The position numbers and the translations under genes were made by a program. A stretch of 64,000 nt of DNA from Minisyncoccota bacterium (GTDB lineage Bacteria > Patescibacteriota > Minisyncoccia > Phycocordibacterales > UBA9973), in NCBI GenBank assembly GCA_041666225.1, contig JBAYHJ010000004.1, positions 4,350 to 68,349 of the forward strand. The letters are read 5' to 3'. Below are positions 49,599 through 59,673 of this stretch, one piece after another; the first letter of the stretch is position 1, and each line of letters opens with the position of its first letter. Under the pieces are notes generated by a model that worked only from the letters and a program-made list of their open reading frames with translations, searched no databases and was not told where the DNA came from.

Positions 49599-50891
49599 AT
49601 GGAAAAGAAAAAAACAAATAAAGGACCCATGTCATCAGTTAAAGGAATGAGAGATATCATTGATGGTCAATATTATCAATTTCAAGGGTTTTTTGAAAAA
49701 GCTCAAGAAATTGCAGTCTATTATGGATTCAAACCAATAGAGACACCTATGGTGGAAAGTGAGGAAGTATTCACTTCCTCTATTGGAATAGGTACTGATA
49801 TTGTTGATAAAGAAATGTATACTCTAAAAACAAAAGGCGGAGATCATCTTGCTCTTCGTCCTGAACATACAGCGGGAATAATGCGAAGTTATATAGAACA
49901 TGGAATGCAAGCTCTTCCACAACCAGTTATGCTTTATAGTTATGGTCCAGTCTTTCGTCATGACAATCCTCAAAAAGGTAGATATCGTCAATTCTGGCAA
50001 TTTGATATGGATGTTATAGGTAGTGAAAAAAGTATTCTTGATGCTCTTGTTATTAAAACTGCATGGACTATATTATCTGAAGCTGGTGCCACAAATCTTT
50101 CTGTTGATATAAATTCTATTGGGGATAAAGAGTGTCGTTCATCATACATAAAAGAATTAGTTTCTTATTATAAAAAGAATATTAATATCCTTCCTGCGAT
50201 TGATCGTGAAAGATTAAAAACAAATCCCCTTCGTATTCTTGACTCAAAAGAAGAAAAAACAATTGAATTAAATCAAAACGCCCCTGAAACTCTTTCTCAT
50301 CTTTGCCCTCTATGTAAAAAACATTTTAAAGAAGTACTAGAATATTTAGAGCAAATGGAAATACCATATTCTATAAACAAATGTTTAGTACGAGGACTTT
50401 CATATTACACAAGAACTGTTATTGAGATAATGCAAGAAGATCCAGAAACAGGTAAAAAAGTTACTATAACTGGAGGGGGAAGATATGATTACTTAGGCAA
50501 ACAACTTGGAAGTAAAAAAGATATTCCAGCTGTCGGTATTTCAATTGGAGTAGATAGAATTGTGGAATCACCTTGGTTTGCTAAACTTTCTCCAAGGATA
50601 ATTAAAAAGCCAAAAATATATTTTATCCAGCTTGGTTTTGATGCCAAATTAAAATCATTAAATGTTATAGAAATACTTCGAAAGGGTAAAATTTCTATTG
50701 CTCAATCTATTTCAAAAGATAACTTAGGTGCTCAATTGGCAATTGCTGAAAAACTTGGTATGGAATATGCAATAATTTTTGGCCAAAAAGAAGCATTGGA
50801 AAATTCTGTAATATTCCGTGATATGAGCAACAGATCTCAAGAAACAGTAAAATTGCCAAAATTGTTAGAATATATAAAAAATATAAAATAA
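49599..50891 (+). CDS. hisS: Histidine--tRNA ligase
   Basis: LRPEHTA, PQKGRYRQF, LVRGLSYYT, GGGRYD. Confidence 0.97.
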   Translation: MEKKKTNKGPMSSVKGMRDIIDGQYYQFQGFFEKAQEIAVYYGFKPIETPMVESEEVFTSSIGIGTDIVDKEMYTLKTKGGDHLALRPEHTAGIMRSYIEHGMQALPQPVMLYSYGPVFRHDNPQKGRYRQFWQFDMDVIGSEKSILDALVIKTAWTILSEAGATNLSVDINSIGDKECRSSYIKELVSYYKKNINILPAIDRERLKTNPLRILDSKEEKTIELNQNAPETLSHLCPLCKKHFKEVLEYLEQMEIPYSINKCLVRGLSYYTRTVIEIMQEDPETGKKVTITGGGRYDYLGKQLGSKKDIPAVGISIGVDRIVESPWFAKLSPRIIKKPKIYFIQLGFDAKLKSLNVIEILRKGKISIAQSISKDNLGAQLAIAEKLGMEYAIIFGQKEALENSVIFRDMSNRSQETVKLPKLLEYIKNIK

Positions 50892-50897
50892 AATTTT

Positions 50898-51434
50898 ATG
50901 GTTATAATTGTTCAAAATGGTGATAAAGTTTTACGCAAAAAAGCAGTAGAAGTTCCTATTGATGATATAAAAAAACCTAAAATAAAAAAACTTTTATCCC
51001 AAATGTCAGAGGCTCTTCATTCTCAAGATGATGGAGTGGCAATTGCTGCACCTCAAATAGGTGCCTCTCTTCGTATTTTTATTGTTTCTGGAAGAATTTT
51101 TGATGAAGATTTTATTAGAGGTAAGGGTTCAATGGATGGAGATTTATATAAAAAAATTCGCCAACCTGATTTAGTTTTTATTAATCCAATATTAAAAAAA
51201 ATTTCTAAAGATAAAAAATTAATGTCAGAAGGTTGCCTTTCAGTTCGACCGATTTATGGCAAAGTTCGTCGTGCAACCAAAGCAACAGTTGAAGCATACA
51301 ATGAAAAAGGTGAAAAGTTTACAAAAAGTGGTAACGGGCTACTTGCTCATATTTTTCAACACGAAACAGATCACCTAGAAGGAATACTTTTTATAGATAA
51401 AGCAAAAGATTTGAAAGAATTTTTTACGGAATAA
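50898..51434 (+). CDS. def: Peptide deformylase
   Basis: GVAIAAPQIG, EGCLSV, QHETDHLEG. Confidence 0.97.
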   Translation: MVIIVQNGDKVLRKKAVEVPIDDIKKPKIKKLLSQMSEALHSQDDGVAIAAPQIGASLRIFIVSGRIFDEDFIRGKGSMDGDLYKKIRQPDLVFINPILKKISKDKKLMSEGCLSVRPIYGKVRRATKATVEAYNEKGEKFTKSGNGLLAHIFQHETDHLEGILFIDKAKDLKEFFTE

Positions 51435-51435
51435 T

Positions 51436-52284
51436 ATGGAAAAATTTAATTTTGCATTTTGGGGTACCCCATTAATATCAAGTAAAACATTGGAGATATT
51501 GAAGGAAAATGGGTATATACCATCTATAATTATCACTTCTCCTGACAAAAAGAGAGGACGTGGCTTAAGTATGCATGAATCCCCTGTCAGTCTCTGGGCA
51601 AAAGAACACAATATAAAATGTTTAAAACCTGAAAAAGTAAATCAAGATTTTATTGATATGTTTGATAAATTAAATATTAATTTATCAATCGTTGTTGCTT
51701 ATGGAAAAATATTACCCGAAAAAATTATTAAAATTCCAACACTCGGGACTATCAATATCCACTATTCATTACTGCCTAAATACCGAGGTGCTTCTCCTTT
51801 GGAGGCATCACTTTTAAATGGGGATATTATCACCGGCGTGAGCATCCAACAGATGGAATTCAAATTAGATAGTGGCCCAATCTTAATAGAAAAAGAAATC
51901 AACATTGATATAGATGAGAATAAAGATGAACTAAAAGACAAACTAATTATTTTGGGTGGTGATTTATTGTGTGAGATTATTCCTAAAATTATAAACAATG
52001 AATTAACTTCAAAACTACAAAATGAATCCCACGCAACATATTGTTCAAAAATTAGAAAAGAAGATGGAGAAATTAATATAAATGGTGATCAAAAAGAAAA
52101 TTACAATAAATACCGTGCTTTTTATGGCTGGCCTGGTACATATTTTTTTATAATAAAAAAAGACAAAAAAATACGCATCAAAATAAATAAAGCTGTTTAT
52201 GAAAACAATTTATTTATAATAAAAAGAGTAACTCCTGAAGGTAAAAAGGAGATTAATTACACAGATTTTTTGAGACAAAATTAA
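51436..52284 (+). CDS. fmt: Methionyl-tRNA formyltransferase
   Basis: GTP, VVAYGKI, NIHYSLLPKYRGASP, LDSGPI. Confidence 0.96.
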   Translation: MEKFNFAFWGTPLISSKTLEILKENGYIPSIIITSPDKKRGRGLSMHESPVSLWAKEHNIKCLKPEKVNQDFIDMFDKLNINLSIVVAYGKILPEKIIKIPTLGTINIHYSLLPKYRGASPLEASLLNGDIITGVSIQQMEFKLDSGPILIEKEINIDIDENKDELKDKLIILGGDLLCEIIPKIINNELTSKLQNESHATYCSKIRKEDGEININGDQKENYNKYRAFYGWPGTYFFIIKKDKKIRIKINKAVYENNLFIIKRVTPEGKKEINYTDFLRQN

Positions 52285-52664
52285 TATTTTGAAGTAAAAG
52301 GATTTCTTTTTGAAATACCCTTTAACATTTTTTTAATACTAATTGCTCCTCTTTTAAAAAGTGTTTTTTTGCGATCTTTATTATTTATTATTTGTCGAAC
52401 TATTTCTTCTTTTGCATCATCTATCGCACTGTATAGATCATTCTTTTCAGAAAAAGTATAAAATTTGGTACCAGTAATCTCTATATTAAATTCCGCACGA
52501 AAAACATCACCTTGTTTATGATGGTTAGTTGTTTTACCTACTTCTACAAAGGAAATCATTTCTCCATCTTTAACAAACTTTTTAATCCCAGATAAACGCT
52601 TATTCACATAATCGCTAATAGCTTCAGTTAACTCCATATTGGTTGCTTTTATATTTATGTTCAT
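52281..52664 (-). CDS. hpf: Ribosome hibernation factor HPF/RaiA
   Basis: MNINIKATNMELTEAISDYV..RL, DLYSAID. Confidence 0.9.
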   Translation of the reverse strand: MNINIKATNMELTEAISDYVNKRLSGIKKFVKDGEMISFVEVGKTTNHHKQGDVFRAEFNIEITGTKFYTFSEKNDLYSAIDDAKEEIVRQIINNKDRKKTLFKRGAISIKKMLKGISKRNPFTSKY

Positions 52665-52696
52665 AATTTATTTAGGCTTAATTGATAATATATTTA

Positions 52697-52933
52697 TTAT
52701 ACCAAATTTTTAGGTAAATTAATTGATAATATTTTACTTGGGCTCTGATGCCCACTTATTATACGAGTATTTTTTACTGATATTTTAAATAAAGATGATA
52801 TTAACTCACATACCTTTTTATTGGCTAGATTTCTTTCTGCTGGTTCACGAACCGAAACAAGGTAAGTGTCTTCATTTTTCTGTTTTACAGACTCTTTCTT
52901 TGCTCCAGCTATTACTCTAACCTTAATATACAT
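52697..52933 (-). CDS. DUF167/YggU family protein
   Basis: IKVRV..GAK, V.EPA..N.AN, IISGH.S..K. Confidence 0.85.
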   Translation of the reverse strand: MYIKVRVIAGAKKESVKQKNEDTYLVSVREPAERNLANKKVCELISSLFKISVKNTRIISGHQSPSKILSINLPKNLV

Positions 52934-53018
52934 ATATTGATTATACCAAAATTAATGATATCTTGGTAATGGGACTAATACCCTGTTTACCTTCAGATAA
53001 ATAAGTTACAATATAAAT

Positions 53019-53888
53019 ATGAGTAAAATTTTAAAAATACTTAAAGTTGCGTTTATTATTATATATATAATTTCAATTTTTATACTTATCACGATTAATA
53101 ATAAGATCACTGTATCTTATAACATCCCCACTTGGATTATTCCAACTATTTTCTTTGTTAGTATTTTATATATTTGCCTTAGATATATATATTTCATCAT
53201 AAAAGAAAATAATTTCGAGGAAGAAATAATTTTAATATTCAATCATGCTTTTCGTACTCCTCTCACAAATATCATATGGCATAGTAAGGAACTAGAAAAA
53301 AATATTCCTCAAAATGAAAAACATTTATATTTACAAAATATAAACAACAGCGCAAACAAAATATTGAGTATCGTCGATATTTTAATCGGTATTAAGGATG
53401 TTAAAAATACCTCTGGGTATTTTTTTGAAGCTATCTCCATAAGAGAAATTTTAGAAAAATCAATAAAAAAATATCGAGATAAAATTAATAAGAAAAATAT
53501 AAATTTTCAATTTTCAGAACTTAAGGACATCCCACTTTTAACAATTGATTTAAATAAAATTTCGTTCGTTATTGATACTGTTTTAGAAAACGCTGTTAAT
53601 TACACAAAACAAAATGGAAGAATCATAATTGACTGTATATCTGATTCAAATAAACTCATATTATATATAAGTGATGATGGAATCGGGCTTAGTTATTATG
53701 ATAAATTTATGATTTTTTCAAAATTTTATAGAAATAAGATAGCCAAACTCATGAATACAGATGGAATTGGTTTAAGATTGTATTTATCTAGACAAATAAT
53801 AAAAAGACACAATGGAAAAATTTACGCTAAATCAAATGGATTAAATGAAGGTGTAACTTTTTTTATAGAAATACCTTTCAATAAATAA
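53019..53888 (+). CDS. Orphan sensor histidine kinase
   Basis: 2 TM, HAFRTPLT, LENAVNY, DDGIG, F.KFYR. Confidence 0.85.
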   Translation: MSKILKILKVAFIIIYIISIFILITINNKITVSYNIPTWIIPTIFFVSILYICLRYIYFIIKENNFEEEIILIFNHAFRTPLTNIIWHSKELEKNIPQNEKHLYLQNINNSANKILSIVDILIGIKDVKNTSGYFFEAISIREILEKSIKKYRDKINKKNINFQFSELKDIPLLTIDLNKISFVIDTVLENAVNYTKQNGRIIIDCISDSNKLILYISDDGIGLSYYDKFMIFSKFYRNKIAKLMNTDGIGLRLYLSRQIIKRHNGKIYAKSNGLNEGVTFFIEIPFNK

Positions 53889-53891
53889 AAA

Positions 53892-54272
53892 TTATTTATT
53901 TTTATTTAAAATATCTTTAATATCCTTAATATCTTTTTGAATCTTAATTAACACATGACTTTCTTCGTTAATTTCTTTTTCAGTTTTTTCGTCAATCCTT
54001 TTTTCCTTATTGAGCCCAGAGATAATAATATTTTCTCCAATAAAAAAAGAAACAAACAGTCCAGTTAAAATAGTAATAAATAAACCAAAAATTAAAGAAG
54101 TTAAACCAGATATCCCCCAATCATCAGAAATATGCCAGATACCCCGCCATATTGAAACTATCCCAACACTTCCAATAAATGCATAAATTATTGGGTGATG
54201 AACTAATTCTATTCTGGCTTTATCTTCTATCTCATCAAAAACTTTATGAATTGCATTAAGTATTTTTCTCAT
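53892..54272 (-). CDS. Conserved hypothetical membrane protein
   Basis: HHPIIYAFIG..G.V..WRGIWH, TGLFVSFFIG. Confidence 0.65.
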   Translation of the reverse strand: MRKILNAIHKVFDEIEDKARIELVHHPIIYAFIGSVGIVSIWRGIWHISDDWGISGLTSLIFGLFITILTGLFVSFFIGENIIISGLNKEKRIDEKTEKEINEESHVLIKIQKDIKDIKDILNKNK

Positions 54273-54287
54273 ATAATTATGATTATA

Positions 54288-55784
54288 TCATCCTAAAACT
54301 ATAATTCCTATAATTCCAATAATCGACAAATAAATTAAACATGGAACAATAACGCCTTTTAATACTTTAACTTCTGAATTTTTCATCCCGGTTACAGCCT
54401 CTGCAGTTAAAATATCTGCAAGAGCTATCATGTTTCCAGCAGCTGCCCCAACAACTCCAAGGGATAAAATTATACTAGGATTCATAAAAAGATTTGTCGC
54501 AGCATTACTAAATAAATGACCAAACATAATATTGGAAACAGTGACACTGCCTGTCATAAATGCTCCAAAAGCACCAATAAATGGAGTGAAAAATGGAAGT
54601 AGTGACGTTTCAAAACCTTCTGTCATTAAAGTAATTGCCGAAAGTAATCCTGAATAATTATTCCCGGAATTTATCATAATTTGAACCATCGCTAACATTG
54701 AAAAAACAACTATAAATGGATGTATAGCTCCTTTAAAAGCTTTTTTAACTGAGCTCAAAAAAACTCTTTCTTTTTCTTGCCAAATCAAGATAACTAAAAG
54801 ACCTGAAGCTATAAAAATAAATCCTGGATTAAATAAATTAAAAATATGTTTAAATCCTAAAGATAAAGTTATTCCCATTTTACTTAAAAATATTTTCCCT
54901 AGAATTAACAAAGAAATTAAAATAATATAGGGCAGAAAAGCTTTAATAGATGACATTGATGATTTTTCTCCTTTTATAGTGGAAAGATCCAAGTTTTCTT
55001 TCGGAACTAAAAATTTCATTTTAATTGAAAAAATAATTACTATCATTCCAAAAAGTGAACCTAGTATAGATGGAAATTCTTGACCTAATAAAAGAAAAAC
55101 AAGAGAAGGTACAACAAATATTAATCCTGAAAATATTGCAAAAGGTAAAGCATCAAAAAATTCTTTTTTTCTATTTGGTCTACCTTGGGTAATAATCCAA
55201 AGCATAAAAATAGGAACAATAAAACCAACACAGTTTAGTAAGGCCGCATATAGAGGCACTAACGTCGTATTAAGACCCACAAATCCCATTTTAATAGGAG
55301 TTCCTGCAGCACCGAAAACCCCAGGAGTACTATTACCTAAAAGACCCACAACAAGTGCTTTTATGGGAGTTAACCCTAATCCAATCAATATAGGAACAGC
55401 TATTGCAGCTGGAGTTCCAAACCCTGCTGTCCCTTCGATAAAACATTCTAAGAACCAAGCAATAAGAATTATCTGAATTCTGTAATCCTTTGATAAGCTC
55501 CCTAAATAATAAGATATATTATTAATTATTTTTAAATCTTTCAATATCTCCAGAAAAAATATCGCTCCAAAAATTATTATAAATATATCAAATGCAACAA
55601 AAAATCCTTTCCCATATGATGCATATAAAAAAGATGGAAATATTTGCCAATAAAAAATTGCCAAAATTGTATATAAAGCAAGAGTAATAATAGAGGTTAA
55701 AAGTAATGGAGTTTTCTTTACTAACAATAAAAATAGAAAAACAATGAAAGGAAAAACAGCTAGTAAAATTGGCATATTATTCAT
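54288..55784 (-). CDS. lctP: L-lactate permease family transporter
   Basis: EGTAGFGTP, FGA.GTP, GAFMTGS.TVSN; ~13 TM. Confidence 0.88.
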   Translation of the reverse strand: MNNMPILLAVFPFIVFLFLLLVKKTPLLLTSIITLALYTILAIFYWQIFPSFLYASYGKGFFVAFDIFIIIFGAIFFLEILKDLKIINNISYYLGSLSKDYRIQIILIAWFLECFIEGTAGFGTPAAIAVPILIGLGLTPIKALVVGLLGNSTPGVFGAAGTPIKMGFVGLNTTLVPLYAALLNCVGFIVPIFMLWIITQGRPNRKKEFFDALPFAIFSGLIFVVPSLVFLLLGQEFPSILGSLFGMIVIIFSIKMKFLVPKENLDLSTIKGEKSSMSSIKAFLPYIILISLLILGKIFLSKMGITLSLGFKHIFNLFNPGFIFIASGLLVILIWQEKERVFLSSVKKAFKGAIHPFIVVFSMLAMVQIMINSGNNYSGLLSAITLMTEGFETSLLPFFTPFIGAFGAFMTGSVTVSNIMFGHLFSNAATNLFMNPSIILSLGVVGAAAGNMIALADILTAEAVTGMKNSEVKVLKGVIVPCLIYLSIIGIIGIIVLG

Positions 55785-55861
55785 GATACTTAGTATAATA
55801 TCATAATATTATGAACTTTAAAATAGTATCTAAAATAAAATTATGATAATATTAGTATTAT

Positions 55862-56932
55862 ATGAGAATAGATGAAGATGTAAAATTAGATTATGCAGAC
55901 GTACTGCTTCGACCTAAACGAAGTACTTTAACATCAAGAAAAGATGTTATATTGGAACGTAAATTTAGTTTTTATCATACCCAAAAAACTTGGCAAGGTA
56001 TACCGATCATGACTGCCAATATGGCCACCTGTGGAACTTTTGAAATGGCGAAGGTTTTATCAAAACAAAAAATGATAACTACTTTCCATAAATACTATTC
56101 GATAGATGATTACAGAGAATTTTTTAAAGATTTTAATAATCCAGATTATATAGTCTATACACTAGGGATAAGAGATGAAGATATTTCCAAACTTAAAGAG
56201 ATGATTAATTTGAATTTATTAGATAATTTTTCTTTTATCTGTATTGATGTTCCAAATGGATATTTGGAAAGATTTTTAGAAACAATTAAATTAGTCCGCA
56301 GTCTTTGTCCGAAACATATAATTATAGCTGGAAACGTGGTTACCAATGAAATGACCGAGGAGATTATTCTCTCTGGTGCAGATATTGTAAAAGTTGGTAT
56401 TGGCCCAGGCTCTGCTTGCACCACAAGAAGGATGACCGGAGTTGGGTATCCTCAACTTTCGGCTGTTATAGAGTGTGCTGACGCTGCTCATGGAATTTCA
56501 AATGGTAAAGGTGGTTTTGGTTTAGTTATTGCTGATGGTGGCCAACAATACCCTTCTTGTATAGCAAAAGCTTTTTGTGCCGGCGCAGATTTTAATATGT
56601 TCGGATCAATGTTTTCAGGATTTGATGAAAGTGAAGGAAAACTTGTTGAAAAAGATGGTAAACAATATAAAGAATATTTTGGATCTTCTTCCAATAAAGC
56701 TCTACTTGATTATTATGGGAAGAAATCAGATTATCGAGCTTCTGAAGGCCGGTATGTCCTTATGCCATACAAAGGACCGATTGAAAATTTTATCCAAGAT
56801 TTATTTGGCTCGCTCCGTAGCACAGGTACTTATATTGGAGCAAGAAGATTAAAAGAATTTCCAAGAAGAGCTACTTTTATAAAAGTAAATAGACAACTCA
56901 CAACTTACTTAGAAAAATACGATCAAGAATGA
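55862..56932 (+). CDS. guaC: GMP reductase
   Basis: KLDY.DVLLRPKRSTL.SR, KVGIGPGSACTTR, YPQLSAVIECADAAHG, YRASEG. Confidence 0.92.
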   Translation: MRIDEDVKLDYADVLLRPKRSTLTSRKDVILERKFSFYHTQKTWQGIPIMTANMATCGTFEMAKVLSKQKMITTFHKYYSIDDYREFFKDFNNPDYIVYTLGIRDEDISKLKEMINLNLLDNFSFICIDVPNGYLERFLETIKLVRSLCPKHIIIAGNVVTNEMTEEIILSGADIVKVGIGPGSACTTRRMTGVGYPQLSAVIECADAAHGISNGKGGFGLVIADGGQQYPSCIAKAFCAGADFNMFGSMFSGFDESEGKLVEKDGKQYKEYFGSSSNKALLDYYGKKSDYRASEGRYVLMPYKGPIENFIQDLFGSLRSTGTYIGARRLKEFPRRATFIKVNRQLTTYLEKYDQE

Positions 56933-57493
56933 TTAATGATTTTTTAACCAAGTAATCATCTTTTTATATGTATTAGGACCAGTTTCTCCATCTGCCGTTA
57001 AGCCTTGAGCCTTCTGAAAATTCTTCACTGCCGTTACAGTACTTGCCCCGTAATCATTATCAACTTTGTTTGAAGTTTTGTTATATACATTTAAGAATTT
57101 TTGGATAGTACCAACAGCTGGACCTTGGGATTTTAATTTTAAATAAATATTCCCATCTACAAGCTTCTGTAATTCATTTATTAAGGTTTGATTTTTTGAA
57201 ACAACTACTTTAGGTGTAGTAGGGAGAGCCGTAGTTGGTTCTGGAGTTTTAACTTCAATAATATCTTTTTCTTTTTGTGCTTGAAATTCTTTCTCTCCTT
57301 GTAAAAGACTTATATCTTTCTTAAGTTGAATTATTTCTTTACTAAGCTCATCATTTTTATTTTCCAATTCTTTTTGTTTTTGATTATTGACATGAGTACT
57401 TCCTGATTCTATTGTAGAAAAAGCCCAATAACCAGACGCACCAAGTAAACCAATAATAACGATTGAAGATAATATAAATTTAATATTTTCCAT
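56933..57493 (-). CDS. Peptidoglycan-binding domain protein
   Basis: TM plus coiled coil plus AV..IQKFL...DYG..T..AVKNFQ..GL.ADG..GP.T. Confidence 0.85.
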   Translation of the reverse strand: MENIKFILSSIVIIGLLGASGYWAFSTIESGSTHVNNQKQKELENKNDELSKEIIQLKKDISLLQGEKEFQAQKEKDIIEVKTPEPTTALPTTPKVVVSKNQTLINELQKLVDGNIYLKLKSQGPAVGTIQKFLNVYNKTSNKVDNDYGASTVTAVKNFQKAQGLTADGETGPNTYKKMITWLKNH

Positions 57494-57514
57494 AACCTTA
57501 ATTATAACAAAATA

Positions 57515-58774
57515 TTATACAAAAGTTAAAGCAATTCCTACTTGGTTGCCACGACCAGTTCTACCAATGCGGTGAACGTAGTCTTCATAAGTAGCAGGGA
57601 CTTCAAAGTTTATCACATGAGTCACATTTGGAATATCAAGACCTCGAGCGGCAACATCTGTCGCTACGAGTATTTGACTATGATTATCACGAAATGCTTT
57701 CAGTGCACTTTGACGACGAGATTGATTTTTATCTCCATGTATAGATTCAGCTTTAAAACCATTCTTAACTAAAGTCTGACAAAGTTTTTCAACTCCATGC
57801 TTTGTTCTTCCAAAAATTAAAACTTTTGAAAATTCTTTTTTTGATAACAAATTATGTAAGTGTTCAATCTTGTCTCCTCCATGAGGAACGCGGACAATAT
57901 CTTGATCAACATTGCGAGCCGTATCCCCTGTTTTGACTGAAATCATTTCTGGGTTATTTAAAAATTCTTTTATCAATTTATCAATTTCACTTGTGATAGT
58001 TGCCGAGAAAAATAATGTCTGCCTGTTTGGAGCCATATTATTCATTAAAAATCTCATATCATTCACAAATCCCATATCAAGCATTCTGTCTGCCTCATCT
58101 AAAACAATGGTTTTAAATTCAGGTAAATGAATCGCTTTACGATCAACTAAATCACGTAGTCGTCCAGGTGTTCCAATTATGAAATTGTTTTGACGACGAA
58201 GACTTGAAATTTGGCCATAAATTCCTACTCCTCCAACGCAACAAACAGAAAAAATTCTAAGTTCATTACGAAATTCTATTAATTCTTGATTTATTTGCAA
58301 TGCTAATTCTCGAGTTGGAACTATAACTAAAACTTTTTCATGAGGATTATTTATAATTTTATCAAGAAGTGGAATTAAAAATGCCGCGGTTTTACCAGTA
58401 CCTGTATTTGCAATACCAACAACATCACGTCCTTTTAAGACAAAAGGAATAGCACTATCCTGAATAGGAGTAGGATTCACATAACCCTTTTTTATAATGT
58501 TATCTTTTAAAATAGTATTAATTTTAAAATCTGCAAATTTATTTACTGGAATATACGGAGCTGACTCAATTATTGGATCTGCTTTACAAATAAATCTTGA
58601 ATGACTTATTGTACTTCCACCACCAAAACGCCCACGTGATTTGCCCCGACTGTTTTGAAACTGAGGTCTTGCCCCTCGAAATCTATTACCACCACCTAAT
58701 GATGGTTTACCCTTACCTGCGAAACGCGAAGCGGGTCTGCCGGAGCTTGCGCTTCGGCTATTTTGTTTATACAT
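57515..58774 (-). CDS. DEAD-box RNA helicase (RhlE-like)
   Basis: TGTGKT, PTRELA, DEAD, SAT, ARGLD, HRIGRTGR. Confidence 0.96.
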   Translation of the reverse strand: MYKQNSRSASSGRPASRFAGKGKPSLGGGNRFRGARPQFQNSRGKSRGRFGGGSTISHSRFICKADPIIESAPYIPVNKFADFKINTILKDNIIKKGYVNPTPIQDSAIPFVLKGRDVVGIANTGTGKTAAFLIPLLDKIINNPHEKVLVIVPTRELALQINQELIEFRNELRIFSVCCVGGVGIYGQISSLRRQNNFIIGTPGRLRDLVDRKAIHLPEFKTIVLDEADRMLDMGFVNDMRFLMNNMAPNRQTLFFSATITSEIDKLIKEFLNNPEMISVKTGDTARNVDQDIVRVPHGGDKIEHLHNLLSKKEFSKVLIFGRTKHGVEKLCQTLVKNGFKAESIHGDKNQSRRQSALKAFRDNHSQILVATDVAARGLDIPNVTHVINFEVPATYEDYVHRIGRTGRGNQVGIALTFV

Positions 58775-58988
58775 ATTTTTTTCCTAGTCTATAAAAATTA
58801 AAGTAAGACGACTAGAGCCCTCCCCTGATTTCCATAAAGACTTTCCAAGAGGATAGGCTATATATAAAGGCACAATCTATGTTGCGCAAGAAAACCAATG
58901 AGAATACAACTTACTATATAAGTATATAACTAATAACAATATCTGTCAAGAACCATGATAAAACCCCATTTCTGGGGTTTTATATAGA

Positions 58989-59129
58989 CTATTTTGCTCT
59001 TTTTGCGACTGACTTTTTCTTATCTGTCTTATTCTTCAGCATAACCTGCTTGACGGAAAGTCTTTTTGCTGTTTTGGGAGAATGACGTGATTTTTTATGA
59101 GGATGTAATGATGTTGCTCTTTTTGCCAT
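58989..59129 (-). CDS. Small highly basic protein (46 aa, below ORF-track cutoff)
   Basis: MAKRATSLHPHKKSRHSPKTAKRLSVKQVMLKNKTDKKKSVAKRAK*; followed by terminator-like hairpin at ~58960-58982. Confidence 0.65.
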   Translation of the reverse strand: MAKRATSLHPHKKSRHSPKTAKRLSVKQVMLKNKTDKKKSVAKRAK

Positions 59130-59237
59130 ATATATTTCTTTGGCTCGCCATAGCTAAGTGCGAAGGCGGCTTATTATTAATAAATTACTTTGTATAGTAT
59201 ACATTAAATTAATAATTAAATCCAATCTTCAAAAAAA

Positions 59238-59276
59238 CAAAACACCCTCGTTACTAATGGCAACGAGGGTGTTTTG
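59238..59276 (-). terminator. Terminator after the csp gene
   Basis: caaaacaccctcgtt...aacgagggtgttttg hairpin. Confidence 0.75.
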
Positions 59277-59291
59277 TGAGTAAGTACGCAA

Positions 59292-59492
59292 TTATGCGCG
59301 TGATACTTTTGTAGCAGCTGGACCTTTTTCACTTTGTACAACTTCAAAAGAAACTGTATCTCCTGTCTGAAGTTCGTCAAATGTAACACCAACTAGTTCT
59401 TTAGAATGGAAGAATAAATCCTTTGCTTCACCTTCGCGAGCAATAAATCCAAATCCTTTATCTGTAAGAGTTTTGATTGTTCCTGTCATCAT
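59292..59492 (-). CDS. Cold-shock protein (CSD)
   Basis: MTGTIK...KGFGFI...DLFFH...KGPAA; real start ~59492/59489, not 59573. Confidence 0.93.
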   Translation of the reverse strand: MMTGTIKTLTDKGFGFIAREGEAKDLFFHSKELVGVTFDELQTGDTVSFEVVQSEKGPAATKVSRA

Positions 59493-59501
59493 ATGATTTT
59501 T

Positions 59502-59534
59502 CCCGCCTGCTCCCGAGTACACGAGGGCAGGCAG
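59502..59534 (-). repeat. CCTGCC-type mini palindromic element in the csp leader
   Basis: Reverse complement is 28/33 identical to 62711-62743. Confidence 0.75.
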
Positions 59535-59673
59535 ATTGATTATTTTTTTACTTGAAACTTCGACGTGGTTCATGTGTCTTTACACAATCTCAGTATAGCA
59601 CACTATTTTAAATATACTTAGAAAACTATTTCTCGACCGATCTTGCTCAAAATTGGGACTAATATTCAAATAG

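Noticed and set aside
1458-58794. Many antisense or overlapping ORFs in the track (e.g. 1458-1823, 28454-28996, 47541-48059, 34694-35149)
   Set aside because: They shadow well-supported genes on the opposite strand or frame and have no recognisable motifs.
59143-59170. Short GC-rich hairpin ctcgccatagctaagtgcgaaggcgg upstream of the basic small ORF
   Set aside because: It may be another mini-element, but it is single-copy in the window, so there is no support.
59493-59573. N-terminal extension of the cold-shock protein
   Set aside because: The CSD begins at MTGTIK; the extension is read-through of the leader containing the palindromic mini-element.
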